From Longimicrobiales bacterium (GTDB taxonomy: Bacteria; Gemmatimonadota; Gemmatimonadetes; Longimicrobiales; Gaopeijiaceae), in the NCBI GenBank assembly GCA_965219445.1, contig CBDCNQ010000003.1:352001-416000 (forward strand): DNA of 64,000 bases. Direction: 5' to 3'. Position numbers and translations under genes: made by a program. The notes below the pieces were generated by a model. It saw only the letters and a list, made by a program, of their open reading frames with translations. It did no database searches and was not told the origin of the DNA. Shown here piece after piece: positions 47,840 through 59,591 of the stretch (positions are counted from its first letter, which is position 1; each line of letters opens with the position of its first letter).

Positions 47840-50746
47840 TCAAAGTGACCCACTCGCGCTCTTGTCGCCGGCCCCGGCGAGCACGCCCAGGAGAGGTCCA
47901 AGGTATCGACCCGTGTGCGAGTTCGGCGCCTCGGCAATCATCTCGGGGGTTCCTTCGGCCACGATCTGTCCGCCGGCACCTCCTCCCTCGGGGCCGAGGT
48001 CGATGATCCAGTCCGCTGTTTTGATGACCTCGAGATTGTGCTCGATCACGAGCACCGTGTTGCCCTTCTCCACGAGTCTGTGGAGCACCTCCAACAGGAC
48101 CCGGATGTCTTCGAAGTGGAGGCCGGTCGTCGGCTCGTCGAGAATGTAAAGCGTATTCCCCGTAGCCCGTTTCGACAGCTCGCTGGAAAGCTTCACGCGC
48201 TGCGCCTCGCCTCCGGAAAGCGTCGTCGCGGACTGCCCGAGATGAATGTACCCCAATCCGACGTCCGAAAGCGTCTCGAGCTTGGCCCTCAGCCGTGGCA
48301 CGGCCTCGAAGAAACCTTGGGCCTCGTCGACCGTCATGTCCAGAACGTCGGCGATGTTCTTCCCCTTGTAGAAAACGTCCAGGGTCTCCCGGTTATAGCG
48401 CCTTCCACGGCATACGTCGCACGGAACGTAGACGTCGGGGAGAAAGTGCATCTCGATCTTCACCAAGCCGTCTCCGTGGCAAGCCTCGCAGCGGCCCCCC
48501 TTCACATTGAAGGAGAAACGGCCAGGCCCGTACCCCCTCATCTGAGACTCGGGAAGGCTGGAAAAGAGCTCCCTGATCGGCGTAAACAGGCCGGTATAGG
48601 TCGCCGGGTTCGACCGCGGTGTCCGGCCGATCGGTGATTGGTCGACCTCGATCACCTTGTCGATCCATCCGATTCCATCGATCCCGTCGTGGCGCCCCGG
48701 GACCACTTTGCTCCGGTACAGATGACGGGCCAGCGCCCGATAGAGCGTCTGGTTGATGAGTGTGGACTTGCCAGATCCGCTCACGCCCGTCACCGTGACG
48801 AAGCAGCCGAGGGGGATGGTCACGTCGAGATCACACAAGTTGTGCTCGCTCGCGCTTCGCAGATGGAGCGCTCGATCTCCATTTCCCTCCCTGCGCCGAT
48901 CCGGCGTCGGAATCCGCCGCCGGCCCTCCAGATACGCTCCCGTGAGAGACGCCTCTTCGGCGAGCACATCGGCCAGGGACCCCTGAACTACAACCTCTCC
49001 GCCCGCACGTCCGGCCCCGGGGCCGAGGTCCACGATGTGATCGGCGACCCGGATCGTCTCCTCGTCGTGTTCGACCACAATCACGGTGTTGCCCATATCG
49101 CGAAGAGCCTGAAGGGTCGCCAGAAGGCGCTGGTTATCCTTCTGATGGAGTCCGACGGAGGGCTCATCCAAAATGTAGAGCACGCCCACCAGACGACTCC
49201 CGATCTGCGTGGCCAGGCGAATCCGCTGAGACTCTCCACCGGAGAGTGAGTCCGCAGAACGCCCGAGGGTCAGGTAGTTCAAGCCGACATCGTTGAGAAA
49301 GCCGAGCCTCTCCTCAAGCTCCTTCAGGATCGGCGTCGCGATCTCCCCGTTCAGAGCATGCCGGTCCGCGCCCGAGCCTATCGGCTCGTCCACTGGTAGG
49401 GCTCGGAAGAAGTCGAGCGCCTCTGCGATGGAAAGATCGACCACTTCGCCCAGGGATCGCCCAGCCATGGTTACGGCCAATGATTCCCCCCGCAGCCGGC
49501 TCCCACCACACGCCGTGCATGTGAGCGTCGACATATAATCGTGGAGCTGCGTGCGTACCGCATCGGACTTGGTCTCTTGATACCGACGCTCCACGCTTTC
49601 GATCACGCCATCCCAGTGGTCCTCATAGTGGCCCCGAGCACTTCCGGACCCCGTGCGGTACGGGAAGCGGATCTTCATTGGCCCCGAACCATGCATGATG
49701 GCGTGGCGTGCCTCCTCGGGGAGTTTATTCCAAGGGGTGCGTGGGTCGAACTCGTACGCCTCCGCGAGGCCCGCGATCACGGAGTTCCGGAGGTGTCCCG
49801 AGGGTTCACCCCACGGCAGGACGACCCCCTCGAGGAGCGAGATGCTCCCGTCCGCCAGGAGCAGGTCCGGATTGACGTGTTTGCTGGTTCCGAGCCCACC
49901 ACACTCCTGGCAGGCCCCATAGGGCGAGTTGAAGGAGAATTGCCGAGGCTCGATCTCGGGCAGGCTGGTTCCGCAGTGCGCGCAGGCGTAGAACTCGCTG
50001 AAGAGGTGCGACACGCGTGAACGCCCCTTCCCCTCCACGACCTCCACAGTGCCGTCGGCGGCCCGCAGCGCGGTCTCAACGGAGTCCGCTAGCCGCTCCC
50101 GATCCTCCCGCCGAACCACCAGCCGGTCCACCACGATCGCGATGTCGTGGTTTTCATATCGGTTGAGCGCGGGTGGGGAAGAGAGATCGATCAAGTCTCC
50201 GTCGACGACAGCCCGAACAAAACCCTCCTTTCGAGCCTTCTCGAAGAGATCGCGGAACTCGCCCTTCCTACCCCGAACAAGGGGTGCCAACACCTGGATT
50301 TTGGCTCCCTCGTCGAGAAGCAGCAGCTGTTCCACGATCTGGGACGCCGACTGCCGAAGAACCGGTCTGCCGCACTCCGGACAATGAGGGATGCCGACAC
50401 GAGCCCAAAGCAGCCGGAGATAGTCGTATATCTCCGTAACCGTCCCCACCGTCGACCGTGGATTCCGGCTCACCGTCTTCTGCTCGATGGAGATCGCCGG
50501 AGAGAGGCCCTCGATCGAGTCGACGTCGGGTTTCTCCATGAGCCCCAGGAACTGGCGGGCATACGCAGAGAGGGATTCCACGTAGCGGCGTTGACCTTCG
50601 GCGTAGATCGTGTCGAACGCGAGGGACGATTTGCCGGACCCGGACAGCCCCGTGATGACGATCAGGCCCCCACGGGGGAGCTCGACGTCAATATTCCGGA
50701 GATTGTGTTCCCGGGCGCCGCGCACCACAAGAAATTCTTGGGCCAT
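47840..50746 (-). CDS. uvrA: Excinuclease ABC subunit A
   Basis: [32 protein letters not shown], two ABC cassettes, zinc fingers. Confidence 0.98.
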   Translation of the reverse strand: MAQEFLVVRGAREHNLRNIDVELPRGGLIVITGLSGSGKSSLAFDTIYAEGQRRYVESLSAYARQFLGLMEKPDVDSIEGLSPAISIEQKTVSRNPRSTVGTVTEIYDYLRLLWARVGIPHCPECGRPVLRQSASQIVEQLLLLDEGAKIQVLAPLVRGRKGEFRDLFEKARKEGFVRAVVDGDLIDLSSPPALNRYENHDIAIVVDRLVVRREDRERLADSVETALRAADGTVEVVEGKGRSRVSHLFSEFYACAHCGTSLPEIEPRQFSFNSPYGACQECGGLGTSKHVNPDLLLADGSISLLEGVVLPWGEPSGHLRNSVIAGLAEAYEFDPRTPWNKLPEEARHAIMHGSGPMKIRFPYRTGSGSARGHYEDHWDGVIESVERRYQETKSDAVRTQLHDYMSTLTCTACGGSRLRGESLAVTMAGRSLGEVVDLSIAEALDFFRALPVDEPIGSGADRHALNGEIATPILKELEERLGFLNDVGLNYLTLGRSADSLSGGESQRIRLATQIGSRLVGVLYILDEPSVGLHQKDNQRLLATLQALRDMGNTVIVVEHDEETIRVADHIVDLGPGAGRAGGEVVVQGSLADVLAEEASLTGAYLEGRRRIPTPDRRREGNGDRALHLRSASEHNLCDLDVTIPLGCFVTVTGVSGSGKSTLINQTLYRALARHLYRSKVVPGRHDGIDGIGWIDKVIEVDQSPIGRTPRSNPATYTGLFTPIRELFSSLPESQMRGYGPGRFSFNVKGGRCEACHGDGLVKIEMHFLPDVYVPCDVCRGRRYNRETLDVFYKGKNIADVLDMTVDEAQGFFEAVPRLRAKLETLSDVGLGYIHLGQSATTLSGGEAQRVKLSSELSKRATGNTLYILDEPTTGLHFEDIRVLLEVLHRLVEKGNTVLVIEHNLEVIKTADWIIDLGPEGGGAGGQIVAEGTPEMIAEAPNSHTGRYLGPLLGVLAGAGDKSASGSL

Positions 50747-50927
50747 AGTCCTCAACAATATCGAAGTCGAGGGTTTGCTTCAAAGGGGGAGGCAGGGCAC
50801 AGTCGTGGCGGCCGCGGCCGCCGGCTAGGCTCCGGCTTGCTCCCTCAATGATTGATACGTGGCTGGAGTTTTACACGGAGAATTTGGCGGAGTGCCCTAA
50901 CGGAGGGCTACGGAAAGGATCGGCGGT

Positions 50928-53900
50928 TTAGTACGCCCACTCCCGGAACAGCGAGAGTCCCAGCCCCTTTTCGCTCTCGACTCCGAGCTCGCCGAAGCCC
51001 ACGGCACGACCTCTGAAAAAACGGTCCTCGAAGTAGGTTTCGATCGTGTAGGATTCGGTGGGGACCCACTCGAAACGGAGCCCTGGCCAGCGGTCCGTGC
51101 CGGCCGCCTGGCCCGACGCAGGCCGGAAAAGCAGGGTCAGAAACATGTCGTCAGCCACGTAAAATCCCGTTTGGACGACCGTCGTGCTAAGGGCTCCACC
51201 GACGTTGCTCGCGCCGAGAGCGCCCATGTCCTGCTGTGTAATGGACAGGTAGTCCAAAAAGTCCAGCCCCAGTTCCTGCGTCACTACCGCGCCTAGTTGG
51301 TTACTGAAACTGCTGAGCCCCAGGGTGCCGAGCGCCCCCGCCGCAGTGCCGAGCAGTTGGCTCTGGCCAGAAGTCAGGGCGTAGGTTGGGCGACCGAACC
51401 AGAGGTAACTCAGTAAATCATCTTCGGTGAACCCGGGCTCTTCGCTACTGAGTGTCACCCTGGGTGAAACGAGCGTTCCGGTGACGGAAGCAGTGATGGT
51501 AAACCGATCACCCTCCGGCGTCCTGATATCATTGCTGGCCGTGAGATCGAGGTCCGGGTCGATCCCGGGGGTCCCCAGGAATCGCACGGTTCCGCCATCC
51601 ACCTGAAACTGCCGCCTGAAGGCACTCAACCCGTATAAATACGATCCGCGTATGGCCTCCAGAGAGCCGACGAGGGCCACATCCTGGTTCTGCCGGTCGT
51701 AAAGCACGTCGAGCTCGCCATCCAGTTCCACATCCATCAGCTCGCTGCGAATCCAATTGTCCCGCCGAACCGCCAACGTCGTGTTTTCCATGCGAATGTT
51801 TCGCAGGAAAGGATTTTCGCCGGCAACGAGCGGCCGGAAGCCCACCGTGGTCGTATCGACCACGCTCGACGCGGCCGAGCGCTCGAAGAAGAGATCGGAA
51901 ACCTCCGCCGCGCGCTGGAATTCCTCCCAAAAGAGGGTTCCGTCGTCGACGAAGAGATCACCGGAGATCACGGGCCTCGAGTAAGACCCCTCTAGTCGAA
52001 TATCACCGCTCAGACGGCCCGTCACATCACGCCGGTCCAGCGCCTGGAACTCGTCGAAACGGACGTCCAGATCGAGTCCTGGGTCGGATGCCGTGGTCAG
52101 TGTCACTGTGCCGTCGACCCTGGCGGTTCCCAGCGCTCGGGCCTCCAGATCCATCTCCAACCGTCCATCTGGGAACCAATCCAACGTACCGGTGACCTCT
52201 TGATGGCGTACACCGAGACCACTCAGAAAGGCGCTTCCTCCCTCTACGATAAGCCGGCCTTCGGGGGCGAGGCTTCTCGACGTCCCCCCGACATCAACCC
52301 GCCCGGACATCGTCCCGGCCACCTCTTCGAAGCCCGGGAACGGCGCCATGATCAGTGAGAGCGGGAGCAGGTCCGACACGACCACCAGATCGATCACCTC
52401 CCCTGGAAGGCGGTCCTCGACCGCGTTGAACGAGAGATCCAGAGGAAGTTCTCCGGCCAACGTAAGTATCTGGCGTGAATCCCTCCTCAACGCCACATCA
52501 CCAGTGGCCGTCCGGTCTGCGTAACTCACCTCGGCCTCGAGCTCGTCGAGAACGTAGGCACGGAAACGGAAATCATCGGCCAGGAGGGCCAGACCTATCA
52601 CGGGCTCCGCATCGGTTCCCGTAAGGCTGAGATCCAGATCGACCATACCGTCGAGCACTTCCTCCAGTTGAAGTACTCGCGCGATTCGGCCGACATCAAG
52701 AGCCTCGGCCTCCAGCCTGAGATCCGCCTCCCCATCGAATGGAAACCGGCCTTGAGCCTGGAGCCGCATGCCGCCTAATCGGGGGCTCCTCAACCGGAAG
52801 TCCCTCAAAGTGAGCCCGTCCGCGTCCCAGGAAATCGTACTGGGTCCACCGAGATTCCAACGCTCATCCGGGAAGCGGAGCACCAATTCGTCGAGGTGGA
52901 CGGTGCGTACGTCACCCTCCTCCTCAAAGGCAAGACGGCCCTGATAGCTTTCGTCCGGGGATCGCACCAAAAGGAAATCCGCGCTGCCGGCCGACTCACC
53001 GTAGTCGAAGCTCGCCGAGACCGAATCGAACTCCCTCTCGAAGACGCTCATCGCACCCGCGTCGAGCTGAACGGACACCTCCCGCTCCGGAGAAAATAGG
53101 CCAGTCACCGACAAGGAGACCTCAGCCTGCTCAACGAGATTCCCCCCATAAGAGCCGTCTTCGACTTCGGCCCGGCCCCTGACGGACAGACTCTCAAGCG
53201 ACCCGCCGAGCACAAGCTCACCTACCATCCGCCCGGACACGAGCACTTCTGAGAGTGTCGGAAGTGTATCCGGATCGATCGCCTCGAACTCGAGGATCTG
53301 GCGCTCGAGAACCGAGAGTGTGTCGCCCGCGATCACGTCGGCGCCGAGCAGGAGTGGACGAAGGCCTTCCAAGTTATCCGTCTCGAAGCTCACCCGAAGT
53401 CCGTCCGGGGGACCATCGCCTGCCGTCGCAAGTTGTCCGCCGCCCTCTACCGTCACATCCCCTATCCGACCGAGAACATTGTCCATGGTGACGATCCCAT
53501 TCGAGATCCGCAGATCGATCGACACGGTATCGACCGTCAGATCGGCGAACCGGGAGTCATTCAGACTCAGGCCACCGGCCAGCTCCGCCGTTCTCAGGTT
53601 GCCACCTTCTCCGAACAGATCAAACGATCCAGACAGGACTGTACCCTCGGGGAGCCCGGGCGCGATCTCCAAGGCATCGTAATCGAAAGCTTCTCCTCTG
53701 ACCCTGTAGGACGCCAACGGCGACCGGAGGTCGAAGCTGCTCTCCAGGGTAAGGCGGCCGCCCTCGGTCGTCAGGTCGCTCCTGAGCACGAAATCCGACA
53801 AAGGCCCCTCGGCGTGCAGCGTTCCGCGTGCCAGTCCGAGCCGGGACAGGGGCGAGTCCTCCCCGAAGAGACCGGAGATCGAAAGAGGGTTCAGTTCGCC

Positions 53901-55430
53901 ATCGAGCGAGACTCGAGTCTCCCCATCGACGTCCCTCAAAATTCCCCGGAGCGACACATGCGACGCTTCCGACAGCGAGTCGGGAAGGGTGCCCTCCGCG
54001 AACACCCGAATGCCAGTATCCAGCCAGCCGTCGGCCTGAATATCGAGGCTCAAAGAGCCGTCCGTTGAGAATCCCTCGGCCACGCGATTGAGTAAACTCA
54101 AATCCAGCGGAATCAGCCGCGCAGTCAGCCCGGTTACGCCCAGAGGGCGCTGAAGGTGAAGCACGCCCTCGATTTCGGCCCCTGTCGGGCCCGCGTCTGG
54201 CTCCAACAAGTCCATCCGGCCCGCCACCCTCACGGAGTCTATCGTACCCGAGAGATCGAGGTTCCCGTACAACCGTCCCTCCAACGGCAGCTCGATCGAG
54301 ACGAATTCTTGTAACGCCGATACGGGTAGAGCGGACACGTCCAGTGTCGCGTCTTGAAGCTCGGTCTCTCCGCCCGGGAAACGTCTGAGAGTCCCGCGAC
54401 CCTCGATTTGCCCGCCGTCGATCGCGAGCCTCCCGCTAGACCAACTCCCGCGCAGCCCATCGGATCCGAACTCGACGTCTACGCGGCCACTGGCGCGACC
54501 GTCGGGCAGGCGGGGTTCGAGCCACTTCAAATCGGACAGATCCAGGCTCTCCACGACGGCGTCGACGGTGAGATCCGGTACGCCTCCCTCAACCAAGTCT
54601 ATCGCCCCCGATCCGCTGGCTGTGCCCCCCAAGAGATTCAACGTGTCGGCGTTGACCAAGATCCGATCCCCGGACCAAGCGACTCTTCCTACGAAACTCT
54701 GCACCTGGATCGGGTCTTGAAAGACTCGGCCTTCGAAGGCGAGTCCGGTAACGCTCATTCGAATACCGTCCCCGGCCGGATCCGTCGCCACCACCCCGTC
54801 GAAGTGGCCCTCGATTCCGTGAAACCCCAGGACGCGCATCAAGCCCCCCCCATCCGGTCCGGGCTCGCTCCGGAACCGGGAGGCCGGATCGGCTGGCGAC
54901 ATCAGTGGATAGCGTACATCGACGCTCCCGTCCCGGATGTCGACCCCGTCGAACAGGAACCGCGCCCCAGCCTCGGTGACGTCAGTTACATCGTCAAGCT
55001 CCACCGCGAGCGAGTCTGTGCCGTCGAGGAAGGCCGCGAGATTGAATGGCTGGTCCGGCGCCTCTTTGGTGATGGTGAGTCTGGGCCTCCAGAGTGTGAG
55101 CCCCGTAAGAGCGACCTCTCCGCTGAGCATCGTGCGAATGGAGTACTCGGCCTCAACCGAGTCCACTGCCAATATCGGACCCCCGTCCGCCGCCGTGACC
55201 CGGACCCCAAGCAGGTGGGCTCCTCTGTGGAGTCCCTCAGAACGCAGGCCGGAAATCACGATCTCGCCGTTGAGGTTTCCCTCGATTCGCCGGAGGACCT
55301 GCTCCACCACGAACGCTTGCCCGAAGCTCGAGCGCGTGAGGACAACGATGCTGACGACCGCTCCCAGAACCAGGATCACAAGGATGCCGGCCCCTATCTT
55401 CAACGCTTTTCGGGCCCGAGGCATACTCAT
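50928..55430 (-). CDS. Translocation/assembly module TamB-like protein
   Basis: N-terminal TM anchor, ~1500 aa beta-rich, C-terminal DUF490-like region; adjacent to an Omp85 gene. Confidence 0.8.
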   Translation of the reverse strand: MSMPRARKALKIGAGILVILVLGAVVSIVVLTRSSFGQAFVVEQVLRRIEGNLNGEIVISGLRSEGLHRGAHLLGVRVTAADGGPILAVDSVEAEYSIRTMLSGEVALTGLTLWRPRLTITKEAPDQPFNLAAFLDGTDSLAVELDDVTDVTEAGARFLFDGVDIRDGSVDVRYPLMSPADPASRFRSEPGPDGGGLMRVLGFHGIEGHFDGVVATDPAGDGIRMSVTGLAFEGRVFQDPIQVQSFVGRVAWSGDRILVNADTLNLLGGTASGSGAIDLVEGGVPDLTVDAVVESLDLSDLKWLEPRLPDGRASGRVDVEFGSDGLRGSWSSGRLAIDGGQIEGRGTLRRFPGGETELQDATLDVSALPVSALQEFVSIELPLEGRLYGNLDLSGTIDSVRVAGRMDLLEPDAGPTGAEIEGVLHLQRPLGVTGLTARLIPLDLSLLNRVAEGFSTDGSLSLDIQADGWLDTGIRVFAEGTLPDSLSEASHVSLRGILRDVDGETRVSLDGELNPLSISGLFGEDSPLSRLGLARGTLHAEGPLSDFVLRSDLTTEGGRLTLESSFDLRSPLASYRVRGEAFDYDALEIAPGLPEGTVLSGSFDLFGEGGNLRTAELAGGLSLNDSRFADLTVDTVSIDLRISNGIVTMDNVLGRIGDVTVEGGGQLATAGDGPPDGLRVSFETDNLEGLRPLLLGADVIAGDTLSVLERQILEFEAIDPDTLPTLSEVLVSGRMVGELVLGGSLESLSVRGRAEVEDGSYGGNLVEQAEVSLSVTGLFSPEREVSVQLDAGAMSVFEREFDSVSASFDYGESAGSADFLLVRSPDESYQGRLAFEEEGDVRTVHLDELVLRFPDERWNLGGPSTISWDADGLTLRDFRLRSPRLGGMRLQAQGRFPFDGEADLRLEAEALDVGRIARVLQLEEVLDGMVDLDLSLTGTDAEPVIGLALLADDFRFRAYVLDELEAEVSYADRTATGDVALRRDSRQILTLAGELPLDLSFNAVEDRLPGEVIDLVVVSDLLPLSLIMAPFPGFEEVAGTMSGRVDVGGTSRSLAPEGRLIVEGGSAFLSGLGVRHQEVTGTLDWFPDGRLEMDLEARALGTARVDGTVTLTTASDPGLDLDVRFDEFQALDRRDVTGRLSGDIRLEGSYSRPVISGDLFVDDGTLFWEEFQRAAEVSDLFFERSAASSVVDTTTVGFRPLVAGENPFLRNIRMENTTLAVRRDNWIRSELMDVELDGELDVLYDRQNQDVALVGSLEAIRGSYLYGLSAFRRQFQVDGGTVRFLGTPGIDPDLDLTASNDIRTPEGDRFTITASVTGTLVSPRVTLSSEEPGFTEDDLLSYLWFGRPTYALTSGQSQLLGTAAGALGTLGLSSFSNQLGAVVTQELGLDFLDYLSITQQDMGALGASNVGGALSTTVVQTGFYVADDMFLTLLFRPASGQAAGTDRWPGLRFEWVPTESYTIETYFEDRFFRGRAVGFGELGVESEKGLGLSLFREWAY

Positions 55431-55431
55431 T

Positions 55432-57654
55432 CTAAAACGCCTGTCCGATGCCGAGATGGAGTTGAAAGCGCCGGAACGAGAAACCACCCGAAGGGCCAAA
55501 GGATACCCGCTGATTGAGCAATGCGAGCTCCTCGGAACGCACGAAATCGATCACCTGCTCTTCGCCGTCAACGTCGCCGCGTATCCTGTCCGCTGGGTCA
55601 TCATTGGGGCCCAAAGGACGGATCTGGTTGGTGATGACCTGCAACCTCTCCTGGCTGCGGAATTGGTATCCCAGGTCCACCCTGATCGGCCCGACCGGAC
55701 TCAGGTACCGGATCCCTATTCCCGGTGTGATCTCGAATCGACTCACGGCACTGGACTCCTGTTCCGCCCAGATCCGTCCAAAGTCGGCAAAAATCGCAGT
55801 CTGCAGGCCCCGACCCATCAACATCCGGTACTCGATGCCACCCTCGAGAACCATACTGCCGCCGGTCGGGCGCGGTGTTCCGAACGCCCCGGACCTCAGC
55901 ACGTTGGCGTCACACGTGAGGTCCGTGATCTCGGCAGGGGCACAGGGCGCCATCTGCCCGGAGCGCGCAGGGAATAGAAGGCTGGAAGGATCTACAGTGA
56001 GCACTCGCGGCCCGAGTTGGTTCTGTGCAAACCCCCGGACGCTGTTCGCCCCCCCCGAGAAGAACCGTTTTTGGGGATGGATGACGTCGGCTCCTCCAGA
56101 AAAGAGTGCGAATGAGCCAGCGCCGACCCATCCCCCTTGGACACGAGCGGCCAACACCTGGCCAGGCAATGTCTCGATGTAGGCGGTCGCTTCGCTCAGT
56201 GCCCGATCGTACTGGAACTCGGAACCCGTTACAGCGGACGCGTGCTCGAAGTTGAGCACGATCTGGTATCCGCTGGTCGGGTTCAGAACGCTGTTGGTAA
56301 CTGATCGCACCATGCTCACGGAGATCGGGGCCAACCAGTTTTGTTCCTGCAAGGCCGACACGTCCTCGGGCGTGCACACCAGGAACGAAGTACAAAAGAA
56401 GACCTCCGCTGCTGCCAGCTCCGTGAGCTCGGGCCGGTACGCGAAGGTTAAGAACGTGTATGCACCCAGTGTCTGAGACAAGGCGAGGTCCACACCCACG
56501 GACCTGCGAACATACACATCCTGTAGGCTCTGACGCTCGAAGAACAAGTTCGACCCGAACGTCAAGCTCTGGCGAACCAACGGCTGCGTGAACTCCGCGG
56601 AAAACAACCAATTCACCCCCCCGAATTCATCGACGGCGGCTTGACCACAGAAACCATCCCGGAGTTGTTCGGCAAACCAGTTGGACCCACGTGCCCGGAG
56701 CTGGAGCCGTCTCGCTCCACCGTAGAAGTTTCGGCTCGTCCATCGCGTTTCGGCATTCACGCAGTCCGAGCTGCTCCATCCCCCGCCGAGACGCATACTG
56801 TGAACGTCCGACTCGGTGACCCGTACCTGGAGGGCGACCACACTGTCGGGCACGAGGCCCGCCGGATCCACCGCCTCGACGATCGATGCGCGCTGGACAA
56901 GCTCGATGGAGAACAGATTACGCTGCGCCTCGAGCGTACGTACCTCGGAATATTCCTCGCCCTCCTCGAAGCGGAGCAGCTCGCGGATCACGTTATCGTC
57001 GAGCTCTTCGTTGCCGACGAGGGTGATTGGCCCAAAAACGGCATGCGGCCCTCTGTCGACTTCGAACGTGACATCCGCCTGGTAGGGGCTCTCCGCGGGC
57101 AGGCGCCACGAACGGGATACGTCGGCACGCGGATAGCCGCGGTTTCGGAACCGTTGGATCAGTGTATCTCGGGTTGCGGCGAGATCGATCGCATTGAGTA
57201 GGCCACCCACTTGGATGGGCAGCTCAGCCGTAGGATCGAATCCGTCGAAACCGTCCGCCCCCTCCACAGTGAGGCTCGCAACTCGTACGGGTGACCCTTC
57301 ATCGATGCGAAAGGACAACTCCACCGCGTCCTCCGAAGGACGCGCGATCACCGTGTCGACCCGGGCGTCTCGATAACCGCGGATGTTGTAGAAGTTCGTG
57401 AGCCGTAAGACATCGTTTGACAACTCGCGGTCATTCAAATCTTCGTGCAGGACACCAAAAACACAGAGTCCGCGAGGCCAGAATGAGCGGCATCTCGTCT
57501 CACGATTGACGATGGTGCGAGCGAGCGAATCCTCCGGAAAGGCCTCGTTCCCCTCAAACTCGATGTTCATGACCTCGACGGAGGGTGCTTGGGCGAGGAG
57601 CGGAGCCTCCGCCACTAGTAACACGAGAAAGACGAGGGTGGACGAGATCCGCAT
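55432..57654 (-). CDS. BamA/TamA (Omp85) family outer-membrane protein
   Basis: POTRA-like repeats, FFSGGANSVRGF, SPVGPIRVDLGY, ends GIGQAF. Confidence 0.92.
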   Translation of the reverse strand: MRISSTLVFLVLLVAEAPLLAQAPSVEVMNIEFEGNEAFPEDSLARTIVNRETRCRSFWPRGLCVFGVLHEDLNDRELSNDVLRLTNFYNIRGYRDARVDTVIARPSEDAVELSFRIDEGSPVRVASLTVEGADGFDGFDPTAELPIQVGGLLNAIDLAATRDTLIQRFRNRGYPRADVSRSWRLPAESPYQADVTFEVDRGPHAVFGPITLVGNEELDDNVIRELLRFEEGEEYSEVRTLEAQRNLFSIELVQRASIVEAVDPAGLVPDSVVALQVRVTESDVHSMRLGGGWSSSDCVNAETRWTSRNFYGGARRLQLRARGSNWFAEQLRDGFCGQAAVDEFGGVNWLFSAEFTQPLVRQSLTFGSNLFFERQSLQDVYVRRSVGVDLALSQTLGAYTFLTFAYRPELTELAAAEVFFCTSFLVCTPEDVSALQEQNWLAPISVSMVRSVTNSVLNPTSGYQIVLNFEHASAVTGSEFQYDRALSEATAYIETLPGQVLAARVQGGWVGAGSFALFSGGADVIHPQKRFFSGGANSVRGFAQNQLGPRVLTVDPSSLLFPARSGQMAPCAPAEITDLTCDANVLRSGAFGTPRPTGGSMVLEGGIEYRMLMGRGLQTAIFADFGRIWAEQESSAVSRFEITPGIGIRYLSPVGPIRVDLGYQFRSQERLQVITNQIRPLGPNDDPADRIRGDVDGEEQVIDFVRSEELALLNQRVSFGPSGGFSFRRFQLHLGIGQAF

Positions 57655-57662
57655 GCTGCCTA

Positions 57663-57860
57663 TTACCTAGCCCCCGCTCCCAGCCGGCTGGTGACCCCTG
57701 GCTCACGGGCCACGCGGGGTGGAGCCTTGGACTCTACGTTCTCACGAGCCAGAAGCATCCGAACCAGATAGAAGGACAAGCCGCTGACACCCAAGGCGAC
57801 GGCCAGCGCACCCATTGTTTCGCGTATTCCCGCCTCCTTCTGCACATAGAACTTGGTCAT
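57663..57860 (-). CDS. Small single-TM hypothetical protein
   Basis: 65-aa ORF filling the gap in a tightly packed operon, ATGA overlap with the upstream gene. Confidence 0.55.
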   Translation of the reverse strand: MTKFYVQKEAGIRETMGALAVALGVSGLSFYLVRMLLARENVESKAPPRVAREPGVTSRLGAGAR

Positions 57861-58672
57861 ACGCCACGCCGGATTCTGATGGGATCACGCCCGACGAACC
57901 CCGCTCCGTCGCTTTCGAACCAGTGGGGAATCACTTCGATTTCTTGTGTGCCGACCTTCAACACATTCACACTGTTTTCCCCTTTCTCAACCTCTCGGCC
58001 CCGGCTAGACGCAGCGGTCCCGCTATGGACGATGGCGATATCGCCACGATCCCGATGCTCCGGTCGCACTTGGGACGAGCGCGTCACAAAGCCGCGATGC
58101 AGATGACCACTGAGAACCAAATCCACTCCCAACTCCCGGAATCGGTCCAGGAGGGCTCCGCTCCTCGGTATGGTCGCGTCGGACCCACCATCCGGGGGAG
58201 GAGCCAACGCATGGTGCGTCACTACGATACGGACATTCTCATCAAATGTTTCCTGGAAGACGCGTGCCAGAAATCGGAGTTGATGATCTTCGATGCGTCC
58301 GTTGACGATCGAGCGGTGTGGATCCGCCGAGTTAAGCGCCACGAACACCGCCGGGCCGATCCGGGTTACCGCATCCATCTCCTCCGAGATGAACGCGCGA
58401 TAATTCCGGAACGGAGCGAACATCCGCTCATGAACCCGGTAGAGCGGGATGTCGTGGTTCCCCGGCGTGACGACGATGGGCACATCCTGAAGCTCGCGGA
58501 GGAAAGTTCGGGCCTGCTCATATTCTCGGACCTTGGCCCGCTGCGTGAAGTCCCCGGCCAAGACGATCACATCGGGCGCCACCGTTCGCGCCATGTGGAG
58601 AAAAGCGGTGGCGGCATGCGGCCGGTGCGGTCTGCCAAAGTGCACGTCCGACCCGTGTAGGACCGTCAGCAT
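57857..58672 (-). CDS. Calcineurin-like metallophosphoesterase (CpdA-like)
   Basis: SDVHFG, GDFTQ, PGNHD, THH, SGHLH. Confidence 0.9.
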   Translation of the reverse strand: MLTVLHGSDVHFGRPHRPHAATAFLHMARTVAPDVIVLAGDFTQRAKVREYEQARTFLRELQDVPIVVTPGNHDIPLYRVHERMFAPFRNYRAFISEEMDAVTRIGPAVFVALNSADPHRSIVNGRIEDHQLRFLARVFQETFDENVRIVVTHHALAPPPDGGSDATIPRSGALLDRFRELGVDLVLSGHLHRGFVTRSSQVRPEHRDRGDIAIVHSGTAASSRGREVEKGENSVNVLKVGTQEIEVIPHWFESDGAGFVGRDPIRIRRGV

Positions 58673-58696
58673 TCTCGCGTCATCTTGCCCGATGCG

Positions 58697-59554
58697 TCAG
58701 GCTGCTGCTCCTTCTGACTCCCCTCCCGCGGACCAGGCCCGGCTCACCCCCAAAAGACCGATGAGCACGAGCGTGACGGCGAGGCCCTGAGCGAGTGTGA
58801 GGGGGCCTAAGAAGCGGTCGTCCTTGACCCGAACGAACTCGACCAGGAACCGCTCGACGCTGAGCAACGTCAAGCCAATCCACCAGAGCCAGCCAGCCCC
58901 GTGCTCGTGGACCCGGAGCTTCCAGAGCACGAAAAAGATGGTGGAGGCCATCACAATCTCGTAGAGCTGAGTCGGGTGCACGGGAACGACCTGGCCGAAG
59001 CGCTCGACCAGAGCCGGATCGACCCGAACACCGAAGTAGCTTTCGAGAACGTCCACACGCGTGGGCGGCGTGCCTTGCGGAAAGGCAATCCCAATCCAGG
59101 AGTCAGTGGGACGCCCGTAGTCGTCGCCGACCAAGAAGCATCCCATCCGGCCAACTGCATATCCGATCGTGAGTGTCGGGGAGCAGAGGTCCGCAATCTC
59201 TCCGAGTGGGAGGCCCCTCCTCTTGATTTCGATGACGATGAGAAGAAGCGCCCCCGCAAACCCTCCGTACCACACCATTCCGCCCCGGGAAAAAATAGCC
59301 GATACCGGGTCGGCAAGAAGCGCCTCGTAGTTTAGGAGGACATAGTAGGCCTTGGCCCCGATGACGCCTCCCAGTACGGCCATGAACACCAGATCCCAGG
59401 CCCGCTCCGGATCGTGGCCCGCACGATCCATCTCGGCACGCAGCAACATGCCCCCAACCAGGAAGGAAAGGAACATGAACACGCCGAAGGACGTGATCGG
59501 CTCCCCCCCCATGAACGGCAGCCAGCTCGGGAGACGGAAGAAGATCGGGTACAC
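58697..59554 (-). CDS. lgt: Prolipoprotein diacylglyceryl transferase
   Basis: GGMVWYGG, GRMGCFLVGDDYG, HPTQLYE, RFLVEFVR. Confidence 0.93.
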   Translation of the reverse strand: MYPIFFRLPSWLPFMGGEPITSFGVFMFLSFLVGGMLLRAEMDRAGHDPERAWDLVFMAVLGGVIGAKAYYVLLNYEALLADPVSAIFSRGGMVWYGGFAGALLLIVIEIKRRGLPLGEIADLCSPTLTIGYAVGRMGCFLVGDDYGRPTDSWIGIAFPQGTPPTRVDVLESYFGVRVDPALVERFGQVVPVHPTQLYEIVMASTIFFVLWKLRVHEHGAGWLWWIGLTLLSVERFLVEFVRVKDDRFLGPLTLAQGLAVTLVLIGLLGVSRAWSAGGESEGAAA

Positions 59555-59591
59555 GCTCAGCCTTTTTGAAAGTTGGGATCGGAGGGCACGC